Positions 1-9,304 of a stretch of DNA of 64,000 bases are shown piece by piece. The translations under genes and the position numbers were made by a program. Below the pieces are notes generated by a model. That model worked only from the letters and a program-made list of their open reading frames with translations, ran no database searches and was not told the DNA's origin. Position 1 is the stretch's first letter, and each line of letters begins with the position of its first letter. The DNA lies in contig JBEKSS010000001.1 of NCBI GenBank assembly GCA_049516875.1, positions 352,001-416,000 of the forward strand, given 5' to 3'. The stretch is from Candidatus Bathyarchaeia archaeon (lineage in GTDB: Archaea > Thermoproteota > Bathyarchaeia > Bathyarchaeales > Bathycorpusculaceae).

Positions 1-1196
1 AACTTTGACGCGTCAACCTTGTACTTTCTGTGGAGATCTACAATGGTTAGGTCAGCGTCGTTTCCTTCTTTCAAGCGGCCTTTGTTTTTCAGTTTGAAGA
101 TTTCCGCGGGGTTTTCAGACATTAGTCTAACCACGTCGCCGATTGATATTCGTCCGCGTCGGACTTCGGTGAGGAGGAGCGGAAGCGTTGTCTCTAAGCC
201 GGGTATTCCGACTTTTACGTCCCAAACAGACTCTGCTTCTTTTTCTTTCAGAGTGTGGGGCGCATGATCCGAACCTATGACGTCGACCCAGCCGTTCTTG
301 ACAGCTTCCCACAAACCGTCAACGTCACTTTTATCACGCAAAGGCGGCATAGTCAGCGCCAAAGTTCCAACCCGTTTCAAATCCTTGGCGGACAGGAACA
401 GGTGATGAGGTGTTACTTCACACGTTATTGGCAGCCCGGACTTCTTGGCTTCAATTATTGCCTTAAACCCTGCTTCCGTGCTTACGTGACAAAAATGCAG
501 ATGCATGTCAGTCTGCTTTACAAGTTTCGACAAACGTTCGACAGCTTTAACTTCGACGTCCTCAGAGTGTGCCTTCAAGAAAGCATTGATGTCGTTCCGC
601 CCAGTGTGCTTGAACTTGTCCTTATTTCTCTTCAGAGTCTGCTCATCCTCTGCGTGAGTAGCCGTTAGAATTCCTAAGCTACCAGCAATTTTGAATGCGT
701 CTATAATAGCTTGGTCGCTGTGGATGTTCAGCCCGCCGACTTGTTCAGCCATGTAAAGTTTGAAGCCGACGGCATCTTCTCTTACAATTCCTTGGATTTC
801 CGAATTGTCTTTTGGAAATTCAGAATAGAAACCTACGTTCACCGAAATCTTTCTTTCAGCAATTCCAATTCTGTTTCTGAGAGTTTCAACGCTCATGGTC
901 ACTGGGTTGTTGTTGGGCATGTCGAAAACTGTTGTCATCCCGCCGGCCGCTGCCGCCGCAGTGCCGCTGTAAAAATCCTCTTTGTATGCCTTTCCCTCAT
1001 CTCGCAGATGCACATGCACATCGATCAAACCCGGCAGCACTAGGAGATTCTTCAAGTCAAACCTTGCATCTGACTTCGGCATGTTCGTTTCTCTGCCTAC
1101 CTTGAGAATCTTGCCGTCATCAATTGCCACGCTGCAATCCACTATCGTCTTATTCATGTAGGCCTTCGCGTTGATTAATACGAGGTCCACTATCAA
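1..1196 (-). CDS. pyrC: Dihydroorotase-family amidohydrolase, runs off the left edge
   Basis: Manual translation from TTG at 1196: MIVDLVLINAK...LPGLIDVHVHLRDEG...EDFYSGTAAAAAGGMTTVFDMPNN; not in the ORF track because it is truncated. Confidence 0.85.
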   Translation of the reverse strand, partial: MIVDLVLINAKAYMNKTIVDCSVAIDDGKILKVGRETNMPKSDARFDLKNLLVLPGLIDVHVHLRDEGKAYKEDFYSGTAAAAAGGMTTVFDMPNNNPVTMSVETLRNRIGIAERKISVNVGFYSEFPKDNSEIQGIVREDAVGFKLYMAEQVGGLNIHSDQAIIDAFKIAGSLGILTATHAEDEQTLKRNKDKFKHTGRNDINAFLKAHSEDVEVKAVERLSKLVKQTDMHLHFCHVSTEAGFKAIIEAKKSGLPITCEVTPHHLFLSAKDLKRVGTLALTMPPLRDKSDVDGLWEAVKNGWVDVIGSDHAPHTLKEKEAESVWDVKVGIPGLETTLPLLLTEVRRGRISIGDVVRLMSENPAEIFKLKNKGRLKEGNDADLTIVDLHRKYKVDASK

Positions 1197-1282
1197 ACCG
1201 CGACACCCTTTGTGCCTGAATAACATTCGACAATCCGTTAAAGGTTTGTCATTAGATTGCCGTTCCTTTCAGGTTTCGTACG

Positions 1283-1659
1283 TTTACGTAAGGTTCCTTC
1301 ACAATTTGGCTTGGGGTAAACGCGTGTCGTTGTGCGATTTTCAAGAGCTGTACCGTTATCTTGTGGATGATTTCGTCATTGAGTACTGTCGAAGACTTCA
1401 GAAGCGAGATTTCACAATGAAGAATGAGGACTTTTCAACGAACCGAAAGGGAAAGAGAGAATGCCTCAACGATTTCTTGACGCGCAATCTGACCAGAAGC
1501 TTGAACGAATACTTCCAGACCAAGGTTGAGATTCCCCGAATTAGAATGGGAAAGAAACAAGAAATTGAAACGTTAATCAATGAAGAAGCCTTACTACTTG
1601 CCAAATATCTGAGAAATGAAAGAGAAACGTGGAAACCAAGACTTTGTTCAGTTGATTGA
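1283..1659 (+). pseudogene. cas1: C-terminal remnant of a solo (casposase-like) Cas1
   Basis: YVRFLHNLAWGK..SLCDFQELYRYLVDDFVI matches the Cas1 GFLH...L..D..E..R..VD catalytic region; N-terminal part absent. Confidence 0.7.
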
Positions 1660-1697
1660 AGGCGCGCGTCAGGATGTAATGTGGGTCGGAAAAACAA

Positions 1698-2303
1698 ATG
1701 AGTTCAGTTAGTGATTGGCGGGTTACACCAAGAAGGAGTCGGAGTGAACTTCCGAAGGACATCACGCTTGACTTGAAAATAGATATTTTCCATGAACGCA
1801 TTGAGGGTTGGAAACTTGATATTGCAGACCAACTGATCAACGGCATCAAAGACGAAAAGGGTAACACAATAACAGAAGGCAATCCAAATGCGGGATATGC
1901 AGTTCTGGACATCATACTGAGCTACTTTGAAATGATCGCCAAGTATCAAGCTGGCTATCTAGGTATAAAGTCAAAACCGTACTTCAAAAAGGGAGTATGC
2001 ATGGTTTTCCCAGAATTGGAACGTGAAGACCCAAACTTGGTCGATATGCTGTTAGATACACTCTACTACGGTGCGCGCTGCGGGCTATATCATAACGGTC
2101 TTACTGACACTAGCATTTATCTGGAGGGCGGACGCCCACCAATAACTTTCCTGTCTGACGGGAAGGCGATTATAAATCCACATGAACTAGTTCTCGTAGT
2201 GAAGAGACACTTTGACAGTTACATAGAACAACTCAAAGACGTAAGAAATTTGGAACTAAGACAGAAATTTGAGAAAAGATTTGACGAAGATAATTCCCCG
2301 TAA
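1698..2303 (+). CDS. Hypothetical protein with HEPN-like RxxxxH motif
   Basis: 201-aa ORF, motif RCGLYH; lower GC than flanks. Confidence 0.6.
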   Translation: MSSVSDWRVTPRRSRSELPKDITLDLKIDIFHERIEGWKLDIADQLINGIKDEKGNTITEGNPNAGYAVLDIILSYFEMIAKYQAGYLGIKSKPYFKKGVCMVFPELEREDPNLVDMLLDTLYYGARCGLYHNGLTDTSIYLEGGRPPITFLSDGKAIINPHELVLVVKRHFDSYIEQLKDVRNLELRQKFEKRFDEDNSP

Positions 2304-2340
2304 GGTTTGGGTTTGGGAGTAAAGTTCTATCCAACCAACA
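2304..2340 (+). repeat. Hairpin repeat copy 1
   Basis: GGTTTGGGTTTGGGAGTAAAGTTCTATCCAACCAACA, starting right after the stop codon at 2303. Confidence 0.7.
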
Positions 2341-2400
2341 CCCAACCCGACCTAAAGAGACGAGGAAAAAAGAATGGAACTGACAGAAGATGAGGTGATT

Positions 2401-2715
2401 CTATTGGGCCTTTTTTAGCATTTCCAGAATTTCTTCGTTCTTGCTCACAATCTTTCTTTCCATTGTATTCCATGAGAGCCATGCCATCATGCATGGTTCC
2501 TTTTGGAGTTTTTGCATAGCGTCAAGACTCCCTTCGAACACCATGTATATTATGTGTTCTGGGAAGTCAGTCCATGAGCCAAGTAGCTTTATTCCCTGTT
2601 TCTTCGTCAGGCTGTCTATTGTAGATATGAATTCCAAAGTACTCTTCCGATGTTTCTCATGAAAAGCAGGGCAGTTGTCAGGAGTATGCCTACTTATATA
2701 CATGAATACTGGCAT
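2401..2715 (-). CDS. Small GYD/DUF3303-like protein
   Basis: 104 aa, HTPDNCP...GIKLLGSW..FPEH pattern; TATA-like TTTATAAA near 2738. Confidence 0.65.
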   Translation of the reverse strand: MPVFMYISRHTPDNCPAFHEKHRKSTLEFISTIDSLTKKQGIKLLGSWTDFPEHIIYMVFEGSLDAMQKLQKEPCMMAWLSWNTMERKIVSKNEEILEMLKKAQ

Positions 2716-2754
2716 AGTCCAACCTAATTCAGAATACTTTATAAATTTTATGGT

Positions 2755-2796
2755 GGGTTTGGGGTTTGGGGGTAAAGTTTTATCCCAGCCAACTTT
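2755..2796 (+). repeat. Hairpin repeat copy 2
   Basis: GGGTTTGGGGTTTGGGGGTAAAGTTTTATCCCAGCCAACTTT. Confidence 0.7.
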
Positions 2797-2864
2797 CGCA
2801 CCCGAGGATGCGGAGGTTCTATGCTACGTTTGAGACGGTGCGTTTGACGGATTGACTGTTTGCG

Positions 2865-5165
2865 TTACTGTGATGCCAATCTGATTTGTCTTTGTCCTTT
2901 GACTGCATCATAAATGGTTTTAACGGAGTAGCCGAAGGGACTGAGCATGTTGGCTGCTGATGTGTAGAGAAGAAGCAGGTACTTCTTGGTGTCCGAGTCC
3001 GTATTCTTCTCTATTAGCTCTTCTGCCAGAACTCTTCTTTCGTGACGTTTGTTTTTGGCGCTCGTGAAGAGGAACCTGACGTTCTTTCCTGCCGCAACCT
3101 CAGCTCCTTCTTTGATTAGTTGTTCGGCTGCGATGACTTGGCTGACCCGTTGCTTGTAGCTCTTCGGATCCTTCGACAAGTGTTTTGTTATTATCAGATC
3201 CCAGACTGAAACCTCGCCGTCCAGAAGCTTCTGCCTGTACTCTTTCAGCTCCTTCAAAGCGTCAGGAATCTTCTCGACAAATTCTTTCGAGTTTTTGGCC
3301 TCTGCAAGCACTTCCAACATTCTGGTCTGAGCACTGCACACAAATGGGGGAGTGTCTCTTCTTCTAACCTCCAGACCTCTTACCTTGATTTTGCCGCTCT
3401 CCATCACTCCGTAGTAACGGTTCAAAACACCCACGTTCGGATGCATTCTAGACGGAAGAAAAACAATCCAGTTATACCGACCCTCAAAACTCAGCGGAAT
3501 CCTCGTCTCCTCGCGTACCCGGCTGCACAATTCCTGATACTCCTCATCCGTTGCTCCTCTCTTCTTGAGCCAAAGCGAATCAACAATGCCGTGAACAATC
3601 CTGAATCCCTTTTCTTCGGCTATTCTTGACGCTCTCAGAAAGGCTTCTCTGCCGAAAGCGCAGACGCCTATGTGCCCGTCCACAGTGCCAAACCGTGCGT
3701 TTCTGTAGCCCAGGTAGCCGAAGCACGTGACGAGAATCCACTTCAGAGCCGTCTGCCGATTGTCGTAAACCTCCCTCAGCCTTTCATCCTCAGCCTCCGA
3801 CTTCAGCCTCTTGTAGAGCAGCCTCTTCGCGATCACGGGCTTCAGAGCCTTCGGAACGATTCCCACTTTTTTCTCGCAGATGTTGTAGCCCAGTTCTGGA
3901 ATGCGAAGCTTCGAGTCTGGACAGCACTTACACAGCACCGTTTCGGCAGAGATGTTGTTGTTAACCATCACCGTCGGGTACATAGAAGCAAAGTCAACCT
4001 CCCCAACATCGTCATGCACGCCCACCTCCGGCTCATAGACGAAGCCACCCTTATCCCCGACGAGCAGCTCAAAAGCAGACTTGAACGCCTCAGGAATACT
4101 CTTGTTCCTCGGAATCAACACGCCATCCTTCATAGCCTGATAAAACTGAATCGAAGACATGCTCGAACCTATCGACGAACGCGCAGCCGTGTGCAGCGAA
4201 ACCCTGCAAGTCCGCGCAATCTCAAACAACCCGTCCAGCCCACACTCGGCCAGGATAAACGTGTTCCTCTCGTCAACGTGAACCCTACCATACAAACGCC
4301 TCATCGGAGCCCTGTAAAAAGTGCGACCATAAGAGAAGAAAGTCCTTCCACGAACCTTCCTAGCAACAAGCGGCGTGCCTTCCCGACCCAAAACAAGCTT
4401 ATCCACAACCCCGTTAATCACCGCCCTCCGAACAAGGTAGACGAAAAGATACGAATCTCCACCCTTCGTAACAATAATATCTGGATCAAGCTCTTTAATC
4501 ACCTGCACGAATCGAAGCAACTTGTACTCCTCGTCGCCCGAATCGACGACTTCTCCGCCACCGCCTTGGCTCACCGTGATTCTGCTTACGGGATCGCTTG
4601 TCTTGGCAATCTTGCCCTGCTTGGCAACTTCCACGTCGATTCGCGAGATTCTCAAAGGCGGAATCGCGTAATCCACGCTTTCAGCCGAATCAAGCAGGCC
4701 ATACTTCAATCGGCCGCTCTCAGACTTGACGTCAACGAGCGCCAACGGAAAAACGTCACGATCGTAAAAGTACAGCTGCTCATGCTTCAAATCACAGTTA
4801 AAAACCTCGTACTGCAGGTACCTTCCAGACTTCAACACTCGACGAGTGAACGAAGACAGTCTTCTGCAGTCTTCGAGAACCACTTCGAGAACGTTGGACT
4901 CTTCGACGTCAGTTGCCTTCGCACGCCTTCGAACAAAATCCCAAGAAACAACCGCCCCGTCGTACGGAAGCTGAGCGGCAAGCCTCTCCAAGCCTTCCTC
5001 TTTTCCTGAAACGTAGATTGTGGGCTTGAAACTGTCCGTGAATCGCAGGCGTTCTCCGTTTTCACTTATAATCCAAACCGCAAACTCTCCCAGTTTGGAA
5101 GGGTATACGTCGAGTACCCAGCCCCTCACATGATCAGGGTTGAGCTGGCTTCTGTTTGACTGCAA
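2865..5165 (-). CDS. polB2: Family B DNA polymerase, PolB2 group
   Basis: DFASMYP (motif A), KWILVTCFGYLGY (B), HGIVDSLW (variant C), degenerate exonuclease domain, operon with iRadA and small ORF. Confidence 0.9.
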   Translation of the reverse strand: MQSNRSQLNPDHVRGWVLDVYPSKLGEFAVWIISENGERLRFTDSFKPTIYVSGKEEGLERLAAQLPYDGAVVSWDFVRRRAKATDVEESNVLEVVLEDCRRLSSFTRRVLKSGRYLQYEVFNCDLKHEQLYFYDRDVFPLALVDVKSESGRLKYGLLDSAESVDYAIPPLRISRIDVEVAKQGKIAKTSDPVSRITVSQGGGGEVVDSGDEEYKLLRFVQVIKELDPDIIVTKGGDSYLFVYLVRRAVINGVVDKLVLGREGTPLVARKVRGRTFFSYGRTFYRAPMRRLYGRVHVDERNTFILAECGLDGLFEIARTCRVSLHTAARSSIGSSMSSIQFYQAMKDGVLIPRNKSIPEAFKSAFELLVGDKGGFVYEPEVGVHDDVGEVDFASMYPTVMVNNNISAETVLCKCCPDSKLRIPELGYNICEKKVGIVPKALKPVIAKRLLYKRLKSEAEDERLREVYDNRQTALKWILVTCFGYLGYRNARFGTVDGHIGVCAFGREAFLRASRIAEEKGFRIVHGIVDSLWLKKRGATDEEYQELCSRVREETRIPLSFEGRYNWIVFLPSRMHPNVGVLNRYYGVMESGKIKVRGLEVRRRDTPPFVCSAQTRMLEVLAEAKNSKEFVEKIPDALKELKEYRQKLLDGEVSVWDLIITKHLSKDPKSYKQRVSQVIAAEQLIKEGAEVAAGKNVRFLFTSAKNKRHERRVLAEELIEKNTDSDTKKYLLLLYTSAANMLSPFGYSVKTIYDAVKGQRQIRLASQ

Positions 5166-5406
5166 CGAGTTCCTTCTCCAGACGCATTAGAGTCTTCTGC
5201 TGTTCCAGCAGGATGCACATGACCATCGACTCGAACACCTCGGGCCGCGTAGCGTTGCTTCCAGCCGAAGCGTGATTCCTGCACGCGTCAGTCATCCGTT
5301 CAAACGCCTCTCTGTCATCACTGCGCAAGGCCTTGGCAAACCCGTTCCAAGTCCGAATCTCCGTGTCTAAAGCAATCCGGTACGATTCAACCGTTTTCCC
5401 CATCAC
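5134..5406 (-). CDS. Small PolB2-associated protein (arCOG07300-like)
   Basis: MGKTVESYR...W.GF.KALR..DREAF; position between iRadA and polB2. Confidence 0.8.
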   Translation of the reverse strand: MMGKTVESYRIALDTEIRTWNGFAKALRSDDREAFERMTDACRNHASAGSNATRPEVFESMVMCILLEQQKTLMRLEKELVAVKQKPAQP

Positions 5407-6143
5407 ACACCACCTCTCACGAAATCGTCCAAAGTCAAATTCTCACATGGAAAATCAACACGTCCAAGCTTGAACAACGAATGCTTCTCGAGAGCAAACT
5501 GCTTGCCAAACGGGTACGTCCGCTTGTTCGTCACCGATATCGTGACGTTCGATCTTGCGCAAGCAACTGCGTGCAAGAAAGCACGGCGCCTAGAATAGGG
5601 GTGCGGCAAGCAAGTGGCAAGCACTATTGTGCCTTTCTTCTCGGCAAACTCGGAAACGTGAGCGCAGACCTGACTGAAAACCTCTCTGCTCTCGTCCGGC
5701 TTAATGTCCTTGTCGAGGTATAGTCCTTGAAAATCCGATATGATCACGAATTTCGCCTCATACTTGTCGATGGCTTCTTCGAGGCCGTCGAGGATTAGCG
5801 AAGTCATCTGGTGCATTGTGAACGCTCTTGAGATAAAGAATCGCTTAAGGATATCCTTCGGCCTGAGATGGTGCAGCCTAGCCAGCCGCGAAACCCTGTA
5901 CAGCCTGAACGTGTTTCCGCCGTCCACGAACACGACGCTTGATCCCAAGCCGCCCAACTGGCAGGGCAGACAAGCCCTAACAGCCAGAAGCGAAGACAAC
6001 GTCAAGACGTGTGGCAGGCCGTACATCACGGCGAAATCGCCCATCATGAACCCTGGGAACAGACTGTCTATGTTCTGCATGTTGAACGATAGCAAGGCTT
6101 GAGATGGAAGCGGCTTGATTAGGGTACTTTGCGCCAAAACCAT
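5403..6143 (-). CDS. Inactivated RadA-like protein
   Basis: RecA-fold segments VVFVDGGNTF and ISRAFTMHQ, no intact Walker A. Confidence 0.8.
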   Translation of the reverse strand: MVLAQSTLIKPLPSQALLSFNMQNIDSLFPGFMMGDFAVMYGLPHVLTLSSLLAVRACLPCQLGGLGSSVVFVDGGNTFRLYRVSRLARLHHLRPKDILKRFFISRAFTMHQMTSLILDGLEEAIDKYEAKFVIISDFQGLYLDKDIKPDESREVFSQVCAHVSEFAEKKGTIVLATCLPHPYSRRRAFLHAVACARSNVTISVTNKRTYPFGKQFALEKHSLFKLGRVDFPCENLTLDDFVRGGV

Positions 6144-6272
6144 TCACTTCCTCGAGTTAACAGGGATTAAGACACGGGCTTCCCTACACTTTTAACTGTT
6201 AGCCAGAAAAGTACGTCCATGAAAGGGGAGAGAGAAGAGTTAAAGTGAAGAAAGGCATGGAAAGCGCGCGCG

Positions 6273-6729
6273 GGAGACTCGTGGCGCTCGTGATTCTTTT
6301 AATGCGATGTTGAATTTTGGTTATCAGACGATTCTTTTTCCTGAGGTTTGGAAGGCTGTGAGCTATGCTGGGCTGGATTTCTATGCTGGATATTTACATG
6401 CTGATAGATCTGGAAAGCCTTCTCTTGTCTTGGATTTGATGGAGGAATTTCGCCAACAGCTTGTCGATCGGACCTTGGTGGGGCTGATCACAAGAAGCAT
6501 CATAAAACCTAACGAAATTTTGGCTACGGAAGCTGTTGAGGAAGGCCGAGTCTTGAGTAAGGATGTGGTTAAGGTTTTGTTGGCTAGTTTTCAGGAGCGT
6601 TTGGACAGTGAGGTGATGTTCAACGGTCAGAAAGGATCGTTGAAGAGCTTTATTTATTTGCAGGCACATTGTGTGGTGCGTTTTCTCTTGAAGGAAGCAG
6701 AGTATGTGCCCTTCTGTCTAGGATGGTAG
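6273..6729 (+). pseudogene. cas1: CRISPR Cas1 C-terminal fragment
   Basis: RGARDSFNAMLNFGY...GLDFYAGYLHADRSGKPSLVLDLMEEFRQQLVDR; homology starts at the GC run 6264-6272. Confidence 0.85.
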
Positions 6730-6779
6730 CTGTATGATAAAAAGAGAATTCTTTTTTTGTGTGTGCGGTTGTCAGGTGA

Positions 6780-7076
6780 TTGTTTTTGCGGTATGTTGTG
6801 ATTTATGATGTTTCGGATGATAATTTGCGGGCACTTGTTGCTGAGACGCTTAAGGATTATGGGTTGCAGCGGATTCAGTACAGTGGGTTCATGGGGGATC
6901 TTCGGCGGGATGAGTTGAACAGTTTGCTTGTGGACTTAAAGAATCTGATTAAGGATCTGGTTGAGAACGTTCTGCTTTTCTCTATGTGCGACAGTTGCTT
7001 GAAGGGAAAAAAAGAGGTAGGCAAGCCGAAGAAGTACCAGTTCAAGGAGGAGAAAGACAAGATTGCGTATTTTTAA
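6780..7076 (+). CDS. cas2: CRISPR-associated Cas2
   Basis: YVVIYDVSDD..R..VAETLKDYGLQRIQYSGF. Confidence 0.92.
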   Translation: MFLRYVVIYDVSDDNLRALVAETLKDYGLQRIQYSGFMGDLRRDELNSLLVDLKNLIKDLVENVLLFSMCDSCLKGKKEVGKPKKYQFKEEKDKIAYF

Positions 7077-7148
7077 TGGTGTATTGCTTGACAGTCGGTG
7101 CAAAACGTTTATGTATGCATTTGGTATCTATTGTATACGGTGGTTGTG

Positions 7149-7469
7149 TTGACGCTTAAGCCTTTGGCTGTAAGAGTGCCTGCAGAAGTGGAAAAAGAAA
7201 TTCGCGAAATCATTGAAGAAGAAAAGCTCGATAAAGCAACAGTAGTGAGGAACCTTCTTGAAATCGGCATAGCGGAATGGCGCAAGCAGACCGCGCTGGA
7301 ACTCTTGCAGAAAGGTAAAGTGACCTTTGCGAAGGCGGCCGAGACTGCAAGACTCTCTTTATGGGAGTTTGCTGACTTGGTGAAGCAGCGCAACGTCGAG
7401 TGGGTCCGCTACACGCCTGAAGAAGTTGAACGGGAGTTTAGTGAAGCGTCGGCGGCGAAGTGCAAGTGA
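7149..7469 (+). CDS. UPF0175 family predicted antitoxin
   Basis: ALELLQKGKVTFAKAAETARLSLWEF HTH with RHH-like N-terminus; start approximate. Confidence 0.8.
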   Translation: MTLKPLAVRVPAEVEKEIREIIEEEKLDKATVVRNLLEIGIAEWRKQTALELLQKGKVTFAKAAETARLSLWEFADLVKQRNVEWVRYTPEEVEREFSEASAAKCK

Positions 7470-7978
7470 AACCGCCAGTTTTCAATTCGACGCCCCTGAT
7501 TTACTTAACGAAGGCTGGGCTCAGCAGGGTTTTTGAGGGGTTGCAGGGTGAAAAGTTGACGTCGCCAGTTGTTAAGAGAGAGGTTGTTGATGAAGGCAAG
7601 CGCAGAGGCATTCCTGATGCGATTGTTTTGGATACGCTGTTTGTGAATGGAGTTTTCAAAGTTTGCGAACCTATGGATAAGAAGTTTTTGGCGAGGTTGT
7701 TGGAGACGCATGGGCTTCACTTGGCGGATGCTGAGGTTTTAACTATCGCTCGTGAACGTTCAGGAATCGCGGTGATTGATGATGAGGTGGCGAGGAAGAC
7801 TGCGAAGGTTTATGGTGTTGATTATGTTGGTTCGCCTTATGTTTTGATGCAGGCTGTCTGTGAAGGGCTTATTTCGAAAGCGAAGGCTAAGCAAGCTGTT
7901 AATGACATGGTTTCTGCGGGTTGGCATTGTAGCGTGGAGAGCTACGCGAAGATTATGGAAGCCTTAGAGAAACTGTAA
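7460..7978 (+). CDS. DUF3368 PIN-domain predicted toxin
   Basis: VFNSTPLIYL, V..EV, LHLADAEVL..A, IDD..AR..A; overlaps the antitoxin. Confidence 0.82.
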   Translation: MQVKPPVFNSTPLIYLTKAGLSRVFEGLQGEKLTSPVVKREVVDEGKRRGIPDAIVLDTLFVNGVFKVCEPMDKKFLARLLETHGLHLADAEVLTIARERSGIAVIDDEVARKTAKVYGVDYVGSPYVLMQAVCEGLISKAKAKQAVNDMVSAGWHCSVESYAKIMEALEKL

Positions 7979-7990
7979 GGGTTTTAAACG

Positions 7991-8480
7991 TTGGGCAAGT
8001 TTAGGGATGAATGGTTGAAGCGGCAACAGCGGTTGCCTGTTTCAGATATTGCTGAGTCTTTTGTCTCTGTTACTGATATCAAGCATTACGTTTATTGTCC
8101 CCGGTTGGTTTATTTTGATAGAGTTTTGCATGCGGCGCCAGTTTTTGGTTCTCAGCAAGAGGATAGTAAAGAATTGCATGAAGATTATGTTGCTAAAGAG
8201 CTCAGGAGAAAAGACGCAGTCTACTATTCGCCTGAGTTTGTTGGTGCCGAGAAGTTTTTGTTTACAACGTTGAGTTCTGGTGAGTTGGGGTTGCAGGGTA
8301 ACGTTGACTGCATAATCAAAACCGCGAAGGGCGAGTTTGTTCCTGTGGAGTACAAGAACATGAGCTCTGACGATGGCCCAGTTTGCATGGACCACAAGTA
8401 CCAACTCGTCGCCTACGCCTTGCTCATCGAAGAGAATTTTGGTACAATCGTTAAGCAGGGGTTTGTGAATTACATTATGG
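7991..8480 (+). pseudogene. cas4: Cas4, C-terminally truncated
   Basis: YVYCPR, G.VD, PVEYK, QLVAYALL present; C-terminal three-Cys Fe-S motif missing; frame runs on into unrelated sequence to 8623. Confidence 0.82.
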
Positions 8481-8543
8481 ACTCACAACACGATAGAGGA
8501 CAATACGACTGCGCGCGCTCGAGTCGCGGGGTGAGTCGCTCAG

Positions 8544-9221
8544 ATGAGGACAGAGATTTTTCCTTTTTCTCTTGGGTTCAACGACTGCTACATAATTCGA
8601 GAACAAGGCGTGATAATGATTGACGGTGGACCACCTAATAAGAAAATGGATTTAATCAAAGCGATGAAGGAAATCTCATTGAACCCTGAGAACATCAAGT
8701 TGATTGTCATAACTGATGGGCATCCAGACCACATTGGCTCTGCCAGAGACATCAAAGAACCCACAAAGGCGAAGATTGCAATGCACCGACTGGCAAAGGA
8801 TTGTCTTGAAACTGGAGAATGGAAAAAGATGCATACGCCTGGAGGGTGGATAGGCAGAAAAATGCTCGGTCGAGTTGTCACATGGTTTTATGGCGAGATT
8901 CCATCCGCTGAAGTTGAACTAGTTGTCGAAGATGATGGTCTGTCTTTGAAGGAGTATGGAATTTCTGGAAGAATTGTCTACACTCCTGGGCATACCATGG
9001 GTTCAGTTAGCGTGCTATTGGATTCTGGAGAGGCTTTTGTGGGAGACCTTGCAATGAACAAGCTTCCATTCAGGCTTGGCCCAGGGCTACCCACCGTTGC
9101 TGAAGACAGCGGTAAAGTCAAAGAAAGCTGGAGGAAATTACTGGAACTTGGGGCAACAACAGTCTATCCCGCACACGGAAAACCGTTCTCGGCCGAAGTA
9201 ATCAAGAAGGCTCTGAAGTGA
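8544..9221 (+). CDS. MBL-fold metallo-hydrolase
   Basis: TDGHPDHIG (first His replaced by Asp), TPGHTMGS, VGD, YPAHG. Confidence 0.85.
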   Translation: MRTEIFPFSLGFNDCYIIREQGVIMIDGGPPNKKMDLIKAMKEISLNPENIKLIVITDGHPDHIGSARDIKEPTKAKIAMHRLAKDCLETGEWKKMHTPGGWIGRKMLGRVVTWFYGEIPSAEVELVVEDDGLSLKEYGISGRIVYTPGHTMGSVSVLLDSGEAFVGDLAMNKLPFRLGPGLPTVAEDSGKVKESWRKLLELGATTVYPAHGKPFSAEVIKKALK

Positions 9222-9304
9222 TACATTAAAAGCATAAGCGCGCGCTGCGCATGTCTCGGTAAAATCAAGAACGCGCGAAGGAAGATTGCGTACGAGCGAG
9301 ATTT

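Noticed and set aside
3672-5009. Long antisense ORFs (also 10460-11419, 26127-26990 and those over cdc48 and pyrC)
   Set aside because: Shadows of well-supported opposite-strand genes with no motifs
1283-6143. Intact casposon (Cas1 plus PolB)
   Set aside because: Cas1 is a fragment, the polymerase is the cellular PolB2 with its iRadA operon, and I saw no terminal inverted repeats or target duplication
6144-9300. CRISPR array beside the cas genes
   Set aside because: No regularly spaced repeat-spacer series visible here or elsewhere in the window
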